A stretch of DNA of 64,000 bases from an uncultured Gemmatimonadales bacterium (lineage in GTDB: Bacteria > Gemmatimonadota > Gemmatimonadetes > Gemmatimonadales > Gemmatimonadaceae). The stretch is taken from contig CAWBZV010000005.1 of assembly GCA_963793305.1 (NCBI GenBank), positions 192,001-256,000 on the forward strand, given 5' to 3'. Position 1 is the stretch's first letter; each line of letters opens with the position of its first letter. A program made the position numbers and the translations under genes. The notes beneath the pieces were generated by a model that saw only the letters and a program-made list of their open reading frames with translations, made no database searches and had not been told where the DNA came from. Positions 10,195 through 18,748 of this stretch are shown here, piece after piece.

Positions 10195-10339
10195 CTGTCA
10201 ACAAATGCGGCAGCGGTCGAAAGGGGCACCGCAGACTGCAATGCGTCGTGCAAATCACGCCGCTGATTCATCTGGATCGCGAAGATTGCCCGACGTTCAT
10301 GTTGTTCTATGGCAATAACTTACATAGTTGAGTTCGTCG

Positions 10340-10355
10340 TGGCCCGAGCGTTGCC
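10340..10355 (+). promoter_or_regulatory. Sigma54 (-24/-12) promoter of the major pilin gene
   Basis: TGGCCCGAGCGTTGCC against consensus TGGCACGNNNNTTGCW with correct GG-N10-GC spacing, about 80 nt upstream of the pilA ATG, downstream of an AT-richer tract. Confidence 0.8.
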
Positions 10356-10432
10356 TTAGTACCGCGCAGACGTCGGTACACGGTGACGCGTGGTCACCGG
10401 GCCCTCAACACCCCCCTCCGGAGTATCTAGTC

Positions 10433-10846
10433 ATGAAGACGGCCAAGAAAGGTTTCACACTGATCGAGCTTCTGATCGTCGTGGTCATTATCGGTATTCT
10501 TGCCGCGATCGCGATTCCGAAGTTCGCTTCGACGAAGCAGAAGGCGTATACCGCCTCGATGAAGACTGACCTGCGTAACCTCGTGACCGCGCAGGAAGCG
10601 TACTTCTCCGACAACACGACCTACGCTGGCGCGACGGCGAGCCTTTCGACCTCGTTCCACGTGTCGGCTGGTAACGCGGTTGCGTTCGTCTCGAACACCG
10701 CGACGGGTTGGAGCGCGACGGCGACGAACACGTTCGTCCCGACGACCGCGAGCGGCCATATCTGCGGCGTGTGGGTTGGTGGTTCGGCGTCGCAGCCGAG
10801 TGGTATCACGGCTGACTCGATCGAAGGTGCGCCGGCTTGTTCGTAA
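10433..10846 (+). CDS. pilA: Type IVa major pilin (copy 1)
   Basis: MKTAKKG/FTLIELLIVVVIIGILAAIAIP prepilin motif, C-terminal Cys pair, GGAG SD and sigma54 promoter upstream. Confidence 0.92.
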   Translation: MKTAKKGFTLIELLIVVVIIGILAAIAIPKFASTKQKAYTASMKTDLRNLVTAQEAYFSDNTTYAGATASLSTSFHVSAGNAVAFVSNTATGWSATATNTFVPTTASGHICGVWVGGSASQPSGITADSIEGAPACS

Positions 10847-10869
10847 GCTGACCTGAAGTTCCGCTTTGC

Positions 10870-10906
10870 CGACGGGCCGGGGATAACTCCCCGGCCCGTC
10901 GAGTTT
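10870..10906 (+). terminator. Strong hairpin, probable terminator or stabiliser after pilA copy 1
   Basis: Perfect 14-bp stem CGACGGGCCGGGGA-TAAC-TCCCCGGCCCGTCG followed by AGTTT. Confidence 0.75.
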
Positions 10907-10967
10907 GCAGACCACGTTGGGACAGTCTGTCACTTCACCCTCAAGTTGCGAAAGCAGAGTGCCGATA

Positions 10968-11393
10968 ATGAACAGTATGCGATACTCTCAGAAGAAAGGC
11001 TTCACTCTGATCGAACTTCTGATCGTCGTGGTGATCATCGGCATTCTTGCCGCAATCGCGATCCCGAAGTTCGCGTCGACGAAGCAAAAGGCGTATACCG
11101 CCTCGATGAAGACCGACCTGCGGAACCTCGTGACAGCCCAAGAGGCGTACTTCTCGGACAACACGTCCTACGCGGGGGCCACTGCCAGCCTCTCGACCTC
11201 GTTCCACGTGTCGGCGGGTAACGCGGTTTCCTTCGTCTCGAACACCGCGACGGGTTGGAGCGCGACGGCCACCAACACGTTCGTCCCCGCGACCGCGAGC
11301 GGCCATATCTGCGGCGTGTGGGTTGGCGGTGCCGCGTCGAAGCCGAGCGGCATCAATGCCGACTCGCTCGAGGGCGCCCCGGGCTGTTCTTGA
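10968..11393 (+). CDS. pilA: Type IVa major pilin (copy 2, near-identical paralogue)
   Basis: SQKKG/FTLIELL motif; mature chain differs from copy 1 at 8 of 130 residues; start at 10968 or 10977. Confidence 0.9.
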   Translation: MNSMRYSQKKGFTLIELLIVVVIIGILAAIAIPKFASTKQKAYTASMKTDLRNLVTAQEAYFSDNTSYAGATASLSTSFHVSAGNAVSFVSNTATGWSATATNTFVPATASGHICGVWVGGAASKPSGINADSLEGAPGCS

Positions 11394-11445
11394 CGGTCAC
11401 GTTTGTGATCGGGCCGAAGCCCAACGTTACCTTTGCGCCCTTCAA

Positions 11446-11514
11446 GTCGTGTGACTGGGAGAAATGACCGGTTCGTAGGTCGATCCGACCACCTGTCTCT
11501 CCCACTCACACGAC
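11446..11514 (+). other. Long rod-like hairpin in the pilM 5' leader
   Basis: GTCGTGTGA-C-TGGGAGA pairs with TCTCCCA-C-TCACACGAC; apical GGTCG-ATC-CGACC; ends 7 nt before the pilM ATG. Confidence 0.6.
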
Positions 11515-11521
11515 AACGTTT

Positions 11522-12565
11522 ATGGGGCTCTTCGGCCGCAAGAAAACCACCATCGGACTCGATATCGGATCCGGCCTCGTCAAGGTCGTCGTGATCGAGC
11601 ACGGGCGCGAGCCCGAGCTGACGAGAGTCGCGATTACCCCACTGTCCGCCGACGCGATCGTCGATGGCGAGATCATGGATCCGACGATCGTCGCCGACGC
11701 GATCCGGCAGGCGCTGGAGACCGCGGGGGTGAAGAAAGCCAAGGGCGTCGTGACGGCCGTGGGTGGTCGCGACGTGATCATCAAGAAGATCCAGATCGAG
11801 CGCGTGAAGGAATCCCAAGCGCGCGAGCTGATGCGCTGGGAAGCCGAGCAACACGTGCCGTTCGACATGGAATCGGTCGAGCTGGACTTCCAGATCTTGG
11901 ACCCCGATGGGGACGGCCTGGAGATGGCCGTGCTGCTGGTGGCCGCGAAACGCGAGCTCGTCGAGAACCGCCTGCGCTTACTCACCGACGCCGGGTTGGC
12001 TCCGACGACCGTCGATGTCGATGCCTTCGCGCTCCACAATGCCTTCGAAGTGAACTATCCGGACGCGATGACCGGTGTTGTCGCGCTGGTGAACATTGGC
12101 CACGAAGTCACAAATATTAATATCTTGGACGATGGCGTCCCGATCCTGACCCGCAATGTGGCGGTCGGCACGCGCCGGCTGAGAGAAGATCTGCAACGCG
12201 AGCGCGGGCTGTCGCAGGAAGAAGCCGACGGTCTACTGCAGGGGTTCGATCGCTCGCCCCACCTGGATGCCGTGATCGAGACGCGGAGCGAGGAGATCGC
12301 GGTCGGCATCGAGCGCGCCGCGGCGTTCCTCGCCTCGTCGTCCCGCTCGGCCGGCCAGCTGCGCGCCGTGTACACGTGCGGCGGCGGGGCGCGGATTCCG
12401 GGACTCACCGAAGCGTTGGCCTCGCGCCTCCGCTTGTCGGTCGAGCAAGCGAACCCGTTGGCGAACTTGAAGGTGCGTGACGGCGCTTTCGATTCGCTCG
12501 TCACAGACGAAGTCGCGCCACTCTTGATGCTTCCGATTGGTCTCGCCCTTCGCCACGCCGCGTGA
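11522..12565 (+). CDS. pilM: Type IV pilus assembly protein PilM
   Basis: IGLDIGSGLVK, EAEQHVPFD, LLVAAK, VDVDAFAL, VNIG, CGGGA; actin-like fold. Confidence 0.93.
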   Translation: MGLFGRKKTTIGLDIGSGLVKVVVIEHGREPELTRVAITPLSADAIVDGEIMDPTIVADAIRQALETAGVKKAKGVVTAVGGRDVIIKKIQIERVKESQARELMRWEAEQHVPFDMESVELDFQILDPDGDGLEMAVLLVAAKRELVENRLRLLTDAGLAPTTVDVDAFALHNAFEVNYPDAMTGVVALVNIGHEVTNINILDDGVPILTRNVAVGTRRLREDLQRERGLSQEEADGLLQGFDRSPHLDAVIETRSEEIAVGIERAAAFLASSSRSAGQLRAVYTCGGGARIPGLTEALASRLRLSVEQANPLANLKVRDGAFDSLVTDEVAPLLMLPIGLALRHAA

Positions 12566-12569
12566 CACT

Positions 12570-13292
12570 ATGATTGAAATCAACCTGCTGCCAGGCGCCG
12601 GGAAGAAAGCCCGCGGGAAAGCGGGCGGTCCCGATGTCGGAGGGAAGGTCGCCTCCGCCGCGTCGGCGCTCAAGGAACCGTACCTGATTCTCTGCGTCAT
12701 GACGCTGCTGCTGGCGGGCGGGGTGATCGGGTTCATGTTCAAGCAGCAAGACGACAAGAACCAAGAGCTCACGGCCACCGAGCAGAAGAACGTGCAGGAC
12801 TCGACGCGCTACGCGGCCGTCCTGCGCGAGAAGAAGAAGGCCGAGACGCAGCGCGACTCGGTCATGCACCAGCTGAATATCATCAAGACCATCGACAACA
12901 ATCGCTTCGTCTGGCCCCACGTGATGGACGAGATCAGCCGGGCCATGCCACAGTACACCTGGTTGACGGCGCTGGAGCAGACGAGCGCGGTCACGATCGT
13001 CGGCACGGTCGACACGACGACCAAGAGCAAGAAAAAGAAGGCCGAAATGGAAGACGAGCCGGCGCCGAAGCTCACGTTCCGGATCGCCGGGAACACCGTC
13101 GACATTCAGGCGCTGACGCGGTTCATGAAGCTGCTCGAGGCGTCGCCGTTCATTCAGAACGTGCAGCTCGAGAAGTCGGATGTCGCGTTGGTCGATGGGA
13201 AGGATGTGACCGAGTTCTCGCTGTCGGCCGAGTATCAGACGCCCGACTCGACGGCGATCCGCACGATCCCCCTCACGCTGTCGGTGCGGTAA
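12570..13292 (+). CDS. pilN: Type IV pilus assembly protein PilN
   Basis: MIEINLLP motif, single TM, coiled coil, EISRAMP..TWLT. Confidence 0.9.
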   Translation: MIEINLLPGAGKKARGKAGGPDVGGKVASAASALKEPYLILCVMTLLLAGGVIGFMFKQQDDKNQELTATEQKNVQDSTRYAAVLREKKKAETQRDSVMHQLNIIKTIDNNRFVWPHVMDEISRAMPQYTWLTALEQTSAVTIVGTVDTTTKSKKKKAEMEDEPAPKLTFRIAGNTVDIQALTRFMKLLEASPFIQNVQLEKSDVALVDGKDVTEFSLSAEYQTPDSTAIRTIPLTLSVR

Positions 13293-13298
13293 CCCGCT

Positions 13299-13943
13299 AT
13301 GCAATTCCCTCCGAAAACCCCGCGCGACCTGGCGTACCTGGGCTTCTGTATCGTCTGGTTCGGCGGCATCTTCGCCTACTGGACGATGGCGTACTCGCCG
13401 AAGGAGTCCGAGCTGGCCGCGGTGCAGTCGCACATCCAGCAGCTCGAGCAGGGCAACCAGCGGGCGAAGGCCGAGCTGGCCAAGGGCAGCGTGAACGATC
13501 TGCGCGCCCAGGCGCTCCGCTATCAGCAGAACCTGCAGCTGATGCGGCAGCTCGTGCCGACCACCAACGAAGTGCCGGCGCTGCTCGAGCAGGTGTCGAC
13601 GGCCGCGCGGCGAGTGAACCTCGAGCTCAACGGCGTCGATCCGGAGCCGGTGATCTCGGGCGACCAGTTCGATACCTATCGCTATCAGATCACCGTGATC
13701 GGTGACTACCACGCGCTCGCGGCGTTCCTGACGAACATCGGTTCGCTGACGCGTATCGTCGCCCCGGTCAACCTCAAGCTCGCGGCAATGTCGCAGCAGG
13801 ACGCGGACCGCCTCCATGCGGGCCGCAACAAGTCGGCGCTGAGCTCCAAGTTCGAGATCCAGACCTACGTCGCCAAGGGCGCCGCGGCCACGGTGGACCC
13901 GTCGGTCCACGGGCGGCCGGCGAAGCCCGGAGCCAAGTCATGA
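13299..13943 (+). CDS. pilO: Type IV pilus assembly protein PilO
   Basis: N-terminal TM, LVPTTNEVPALLEQV, GDYHALAAFLTNIGSLTRIV; operon position. Confidence 0.9.
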   Translation: MQFPPKTPRDLAYLGFCIVWFGGIFAYWTMAYSPKESELAAVQSHIQQLEQGNQRAKAELAKGSVNDLRAQALRYQQNLQLMRQLVPTTNEVPALLEQVSTAARRVNLELNGVDPEPVISGDQFDTYRYQITVIGDYHALAAFLTNIGSLTRIVAPVNLKLAAMSQQDADRLHAGRNKSALSSKFEIQTYVAKGAAATVDPSVHGRPAKPGAKS

Positions 13944-14716
13944 TGATGCGATCTATCGGGTTCGTCCTCGCCAGTGTCGCGATCATCGCGACGCGGGCCA
14001 ACGCGCAGGGAATGATCAGCGGCGCGAAAGCGGTTGCCGGTCGTGCGGCGAGCGCAGTGAACGCGCACACCGCGGCTGAGCAGAGTCCCACCGCCACACC
14101 CACCGGCACGACCACCGCAGCGACGCCGGCGGCGTCGACCGCGGCGAGCAAGGTCACGCCAATTACCACCACCGCCAAAACGACTCCGGTCGTCACCACC
14201 ACGACGAAGTCGTTGGCGGCGCCCGCCGCCACGACCAAGGCTGCCCCGGCCGCGACAACGAAGCCCGTCGCGGTCGCCAAGGCGGCCCCGGTAGCAAAGA
14301 CGGCGCCGGCGGCTGCGCCAATGGTCACATCGGACACCGGCGCGCGCTCGATCTCGGTCACGCAGCGCGGCATGAAAGGCGAGGTCTCGCTCAACCGCGA
14401 AGTGTTCAGCTACGACGCAGGCGGCCGACGCGATCCGTTCGTCTCGCTGCTCCGCAATGGCGATCTTCGCCCGATGCTGAACGACCTGCGCTTGGTGGCG
14501 GTGCTCTACGACCCCACCGGGCGTAACTCGGTCGCCGTGATGAACAACGTCACGACGAAGGACAACCAGTACCGGGTCAAGGTGGGCCAGACGCTCGGAC
14601 GCATGCGCGTCGCCGGCATCGAGCCCCGGGAAGTCGTGTTCACGATCGAGGAGATCGGGTTCAGTCGCCAGGAAGCGCTGGTGCTCGGTGATTCATCCAG
14701 AGTGAGGACGCAATGA
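13940..14716 (+). CDS. PilP-like protein with a long Thr/Ala/Pro/Lys-rich linker
   Basis: Signal peptide, low-complexity linker, YDAGGRRDPF motif, VKVGQTLG; lies between pilO and pilQ. Confidence 0.72.
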   Translation: MMMRSIGFVLASVAIIATRANAQGMISGAKAVAGRAASAVNAHTAAEQSPTATPTGTTTAATPAASTAASKVTPITTTAKTTPVVTTTTKSLAAPAATTKAAPAATTKPVAVAKAAPVAKTAPAAAPMVTSDTGARSISVTQRGMKGEVSLNREVFSYDAGGRRDPFVSLLRNGDLRPMLNDLRLVAVLYDPTGRNSVAVMNNVTTKDNQYRVKVGQTLGRMRVAGIEPREVVFTIEEIGFSRQEALVLGDSSRVRTQ

Positions 14717-16672
14717 AGCATGTGAGGATGCTGATCGCCGCCTCCGGTCTGGCGCTCGGAAGCGCGCAGGCCATGGTGGTGGCTACCCCGCCGGCGCCGC
14801 GCGTCGCGGGTGCCGTCACGGGGGTCAGCGTACTCCCGTCGGCCGGGAGAGCAGACGTGGTCGTCGATGTCGACAAATCCGTCGACATCCAGGACTTCGT
14901 CTTGGAGATGCAGCCCTACCGGATCGTCGTCGACTTCACCGGCGCCCGGTTGGCGACAGGCTCACGGTTCTACGATCGCTCGCCACGCGGTGCGATCACG
15001 AACGTGCGCTACGCACAGTACAAGGCCGGCGTCGTCCGCGTCGTGATCGAGCTCGATGGCGCGCACAAGTACAGCATGACGCGCGATGACCACGCGGTCC
15101 ACGTGACCATCGATGGCGGCGAGGGCCAGTTCGCGGCCTGGTCGTCGGGTGGCGTCACGTTCCCCGTGACGGCTGCCGCGTCGATCGCGCCGGCCGCGTC
15201 GATCACCGCGATGCCCGCGGACGCGGTCCAGCAGGGGATAACCCCCGCGGCGCCGATCGTCTCCAGTGCCGCTGGCCTCGTGGTTCCGGTCGCGAAGCGC
15301 TCGCCGGTGCCAATCCCCGGCCACAGTGTGCTGCAGCACGCGACGCAGTCCACCCAGCCGCGGATCAACATTACCTATTACGACGCCGAGATCCGGGAAG
15401 TGCTCGGCGCCTTCGCTGCCTTCTCGGGCCGGACGATCATCGTCGGCCGCGAAGTGCAGGGGAACGTGACCGCCGAGATTCGCGATCAACCGTGGGATGT
15501 CGCGCTGCAGTCGATTCTGTCGGCCCAGCAGCTGGCGGCCTCGGAAGACCAGTACGGCATTATCACGGTCGACTCCTATAAGAACATTCAGGCCAAGCAA
15601 GCCAGCGAGCCGCTGATTACGCAGCTCGTGTCGATCAACTACGCGAGCGCCCCGTCCCTCGTCGCGACCGTCAATTCATTGCTGGCGCGCGACTGCGGCG
15701 GAGCGGGTGGTGGTGGCGGGACGCCGGCTGCCTGCGCACCGCGCGGGAACGTCGTCGCGGACTCGGGGACGAACAGCCTCTTGATCACCGAATCGCAGTC
15801 GCACATGAACGACGTGATCAACTACGTGCGCGACCTCGATATCCGGACGCCGCAGGTGTCGATCAAGGCCAAGATCGTGTTCATCAATCGCACGGTCGCC
15901 CAGCAGCTCGGGTTGGCCTACGACTTCGAGGAGCCGAACCAGTACTTCAACAAGCTCGTCGACCACGTCAACCCGGCGCAGGCGCCGAGCTTGTACGACC
16001 CGAATACCTATGTCGTCAACCTGGGCGGCGACGCGCTCGCTGGTATCGCCAACGCCAGCCGGCCGCTCGCGTCGGGGTCGGCGCTCAACCTGATCTACTC
16101 GATGAGCCTCGGGAAGTTCTCGCTCACGTCGTTCCTCGACGCGTTGGCGATGAACAACCTGTCCGACGTGCAGGCCGAGCCGAGTGTGGTCACGCTCGAC
16201 AACCGGCCGGCGAAGATCCAGGTCGGTCAGGAAACCCCGATCCGCGTGATCGACGCCTCGTCGAACGGCGTCGGCGGAACGGCCCGTGCGACGGTGTCCT
16301 TCAAGGAGACTGGTATCATCCTCCAAGTGACGCCGCACATTACGAACAACGGCCAGGTCCTGATGCAGCTGCACGCCGAGCAGTCGACGCTGTCACAGAC
16401 GGGCGGCGACCTCGGGTACTTCTTCTTCAAGCGCTACGCCGACAACCAGCTCCTCGTGAACGACGGCGAGACGGCGGTAATCGGTGGCCTCACGCAGACG
16501 ACAGTGACGAAGTCGAAGTCGGGCATTCCGTTCCTCTCCGACCTGCCGCTGATCGGGAGCTTGTTCTCCCAGAACGTCGAACGAGGAAGACAAGCAAGAC
16601 CTGCTGATCCTCGTGACACCGCACATTCTGCCCGAGAACGAGGCCGTCCGCACGCCGTCCGCGACGCGCTGA
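14713..16672 (+). CDS. pilQ: Type IV pilus secretin PilQ (AMIN + N domains + secretin); one frameshift near 16580
   Basis: DQPWDVAL, DSGTNSLLI, PQVSIKAKIV, GIILQVTPHI, DGETAVIGG, GIPFLSDLPLIGSLF; the shifted frame supplies EEDKQDLLILVTPHIL...TGA at 16670-16672. Confidence 0.9.
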
Positions 16673-16689
16673 GGTCTGTTTCGCCCCGT

Positions 16690-16729
16690 TCGCCCGCTCG
16701 GAGCGTTCTCCGGGCGGGCGACGTATTTT
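16690..16729 (+). terminator. Hairpin after pilQ (possible terminator)
   Basis: TCGCCCGCTCGGAG-CGTT-CTCCGGGCGGGCGA followed by CGTATTTT. Confidence 0.6.
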
Positions 16730-16735
16730 GGGGTA

Positions 16736-17926
16736 ATGCTGCGCTTCACCACCGCCGGCGAATCCCACGGCCCAGCCCTCGTCAGCATCCTCGAGGGGAT
16801 GCCCGCCGGCGTCCCATTAGTCGCCGCGGACGTCAACTCGGAGCTCTCGCGCCGCCAAGCGGGCTACGGCCGCGGGCGCCGCATGCAAATCGAGCGCGAT
16901 GAGATCGAGTGGCTCGCCGGCGTCCGCGCCGGTCAGACGCTCGGCTCCCCAATCGCCATGCTGATTCGGAATCGCGACTGGTCGCACTGGCAGGATATCA
17001 TGGATCCTGCCGCTCGCCCCGAGGACACCTCCTCTCTCCGCAAACGTGCCGTCACCCGTCCGCGCCCAGGCCATGCAGACCTGACAGGCGTCCTGAAATA
17101 CGACCGCGAGGACGCGCGTGATATCCTGGAGCGCGCCTCGGCGCGCGAGACCACGGCCCGCGTGGCGGCAGCAGCGGTGTGTCGGCGGTTCCTGGCCGAA
17201 TTCGCGATCACCATCGGGAGTCATCTCGTCCATCTTGGCGGAGTAGATGCCGAGGTGCCGGCATGCCTCCCGGATGACATCAATGCCGCGGCCGATGAGT
17301 CACCGCTTCGCACGCTGGACCGCGCGGCCGAGCAAGTAATGATCGAGCGTATAGACGCCGCCAAGGCCGAGGGAAACACGCTCGGTGGCATATGTGAAGT
17401 CGTAACGCGCGGTCTCCCAGTGGGCCTGGGCTCCCATGTCTCCTGGGACCGCAAACTCGATGGCCGGCTCGCCGCCGCAATCATGTCGATCCCCGCGGTG
17501 AAGGGCGTAGAGATAGGCATTGGATTCGAAGCCGCTCGTCGAACGGGCGCAGAGGTTCATGATGAGATAGAATCGGCGCCCAATCGGCCGCTGACCGGAA
17601 ATACGCGACGGAAGACCAACCGGGCGGGGGGTCTCGAAGCGGGCATGACAACAGGCGAGCCACTCATCGTCCGCGTGGCGATGAAGCCGATCTCGACGCT
17701 CATGCGCCCGCTCCAAACGATCGACTTGAAGACCAACGAGCCGGCGGCCGCGGTGGCCGAGCGTAGCGATGTGACGGCCGTCCCGGCGATGGGAGTGATC
17801 GCCGAAGCGATGGTCGCCCTGGTCATGGCGAACGCGTTCGTCGAGAAGTTCGGTGGCGACTCCCTTGGCGAGGTCCGCCGGAATTACGACGCTTACGTCA
17901 ATCACATCGCCCAGCGCCTCAGGTGA
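16736..17926 (+). CDS. aroC: Chorismate synthase
   Basis: TAGESHG, RRQAGYGRGRRM, PRPGHADL, ERASARET, MKPISTL, ERSD. Confidence 0.97.
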   Translation: MLRFTTAGESHGPALVSILEGMPAGVPLVAADVNSELSRRQAGYGRGRRMQIERDEIEWLAGVRAGQTLGSPIAMLIRNRDWSHWQDIMDPAARPEDTSSLRKRAVTRPRPGHADLTGVLKYDREDARDILERASARETTARVAAAAVCRRFLAEFAITIGSHLVHLGGVDAEVPACLPDDINAAADESPLRTLDRAAEQVMIERIDAAKAEGNTLGGICEVVTRGLPVGLGSHVSWDRKLDGRLAAAIMSIPAVKGVEIGIGFEAARRTGAEVHDEIESAPNRPLTGNTRRKTNRAGGLEAGMTTGEPLIVRVAMKPISTLMRPLQTIDLKTNEPAAAVAERSDVTAVPAMGVIAEAMVALVMANAFVEKFGGDSLGEVRRNYDAYVNHIAQRLR

Positions 17927-18444
17927 ACGGTCACCTCGTTCTCATTGGGCTTCCGGGAGCCGGCAAAAGCACCGTCGGCCCTCTCGTGGCGCGGCGACTG
18001 GATCTCAGGTTCTGGGACTTCGACGCCGAGATCGAACGCCGCACGCGACGCACGGTACCGGCTATCATTCGTGTTGACGGCGAGCAGGCGTTTCGCGACT
18101 TGGAGCATAAGCTGACCGCTGAGCTCGCATCGGCACACCCTGCCGTCTTGGCGCCCGGTGGCGGCTGGGTAACCCGCCCTGATACGGTCGCGCTGTTGCG
18201 CCCGAGGGCGCGATTGGTCCACCTCAAGCTTACGCCGGCAGCCGCGCTCCGCCGACTTGGCAGCGCTCGACTGGCCCGGCCTCTGCTTAATGGGGAGGAC
18301 CCATTGGCCCAAATGACGGCGCTGGAAGCCGCCAGAAGGACGGCTTACGGAAGCGCAGATTGGGTGATAGATACGGAACTACTTACCGTACAAAGGGTTA
18401 TCGATATCATTGTCGAGCTTGTCTCGGCCCCCGGTGCCGGGTAG
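17923..18444 (+). CDS. aroK: Shikimate kinase
   Basis: GLPGAGKSTVG, DFDAEIE, GEQAFRDLE, GGG, RPLL. Confidence 0.93.
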   Translation: MNGHLVLIGLPGAGKSTVGPLVARRLDLRFWDFDAEIERRTRRTVPAIIRVDGEQAFRDLEHKLTAELASAHPAVLAPGGGWVTRPDTVALLRPRARLVHLKLTPAAALRRLGSARLARPLLNGEDPLAQMTALEAARRTAYGSADWVIDTELLTVQRVIDIIVELVSAPGAG

Positions 18445-18505
18445 GTTAGCGCGACTGCTGGCGATGACGACGAATTTTTTTGGACCGGTAGTGTTATAGG
18501 ACGGT

Positions 18506-18742
18506 ATGACCTTTCGAATTTTGGGCCCACACGAGCGCGCTCGATTTGCCCCAGAGGCTTGGGGGCATCTCTTGTCGCTGCGCGGAGCGGGCATGTTGTC
18601 GGCCATTGAGCTGGAGCACGTTATTGATCGTGCGATGGCGCAAATCGATGGGCGGATTGCCTTAGACGACCTTCGATCGTTGATGGAGGGGACGGGTTTC
18701 GATGACGGTGGACCCGCCGCCGACCACGCGATCGTTCATTAG
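18506..18742 (+). CDS. Short Smg/DUF494-like protein
   Basis: RILGPHE...EAWGHLLSL..AGMLSAIELEHVIDRAM resembles the C-terminal half of Smg; typical position before topA. Confidence 0.7.
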   Translation: MTFRILGPHERARFAPEAWGHLLSLRGAGMLSAIELEHVIDRAMAQIDGRIALDDLRSLMEGTGFDDGGPAADHAIVH

Positions 18743-18748
18743 AAGACC

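Noticed and set aside
10454..10625. Geobacter-like aromatic pattern in the pilins (F1, F24, Y32, Y50, F51, Y57) suggesting conductive pili
   Set aside because: Position 27 is Thr, the pilin has a full globular head, no cytochrome genes are in the window, and the pattern is common in type IVa pilins
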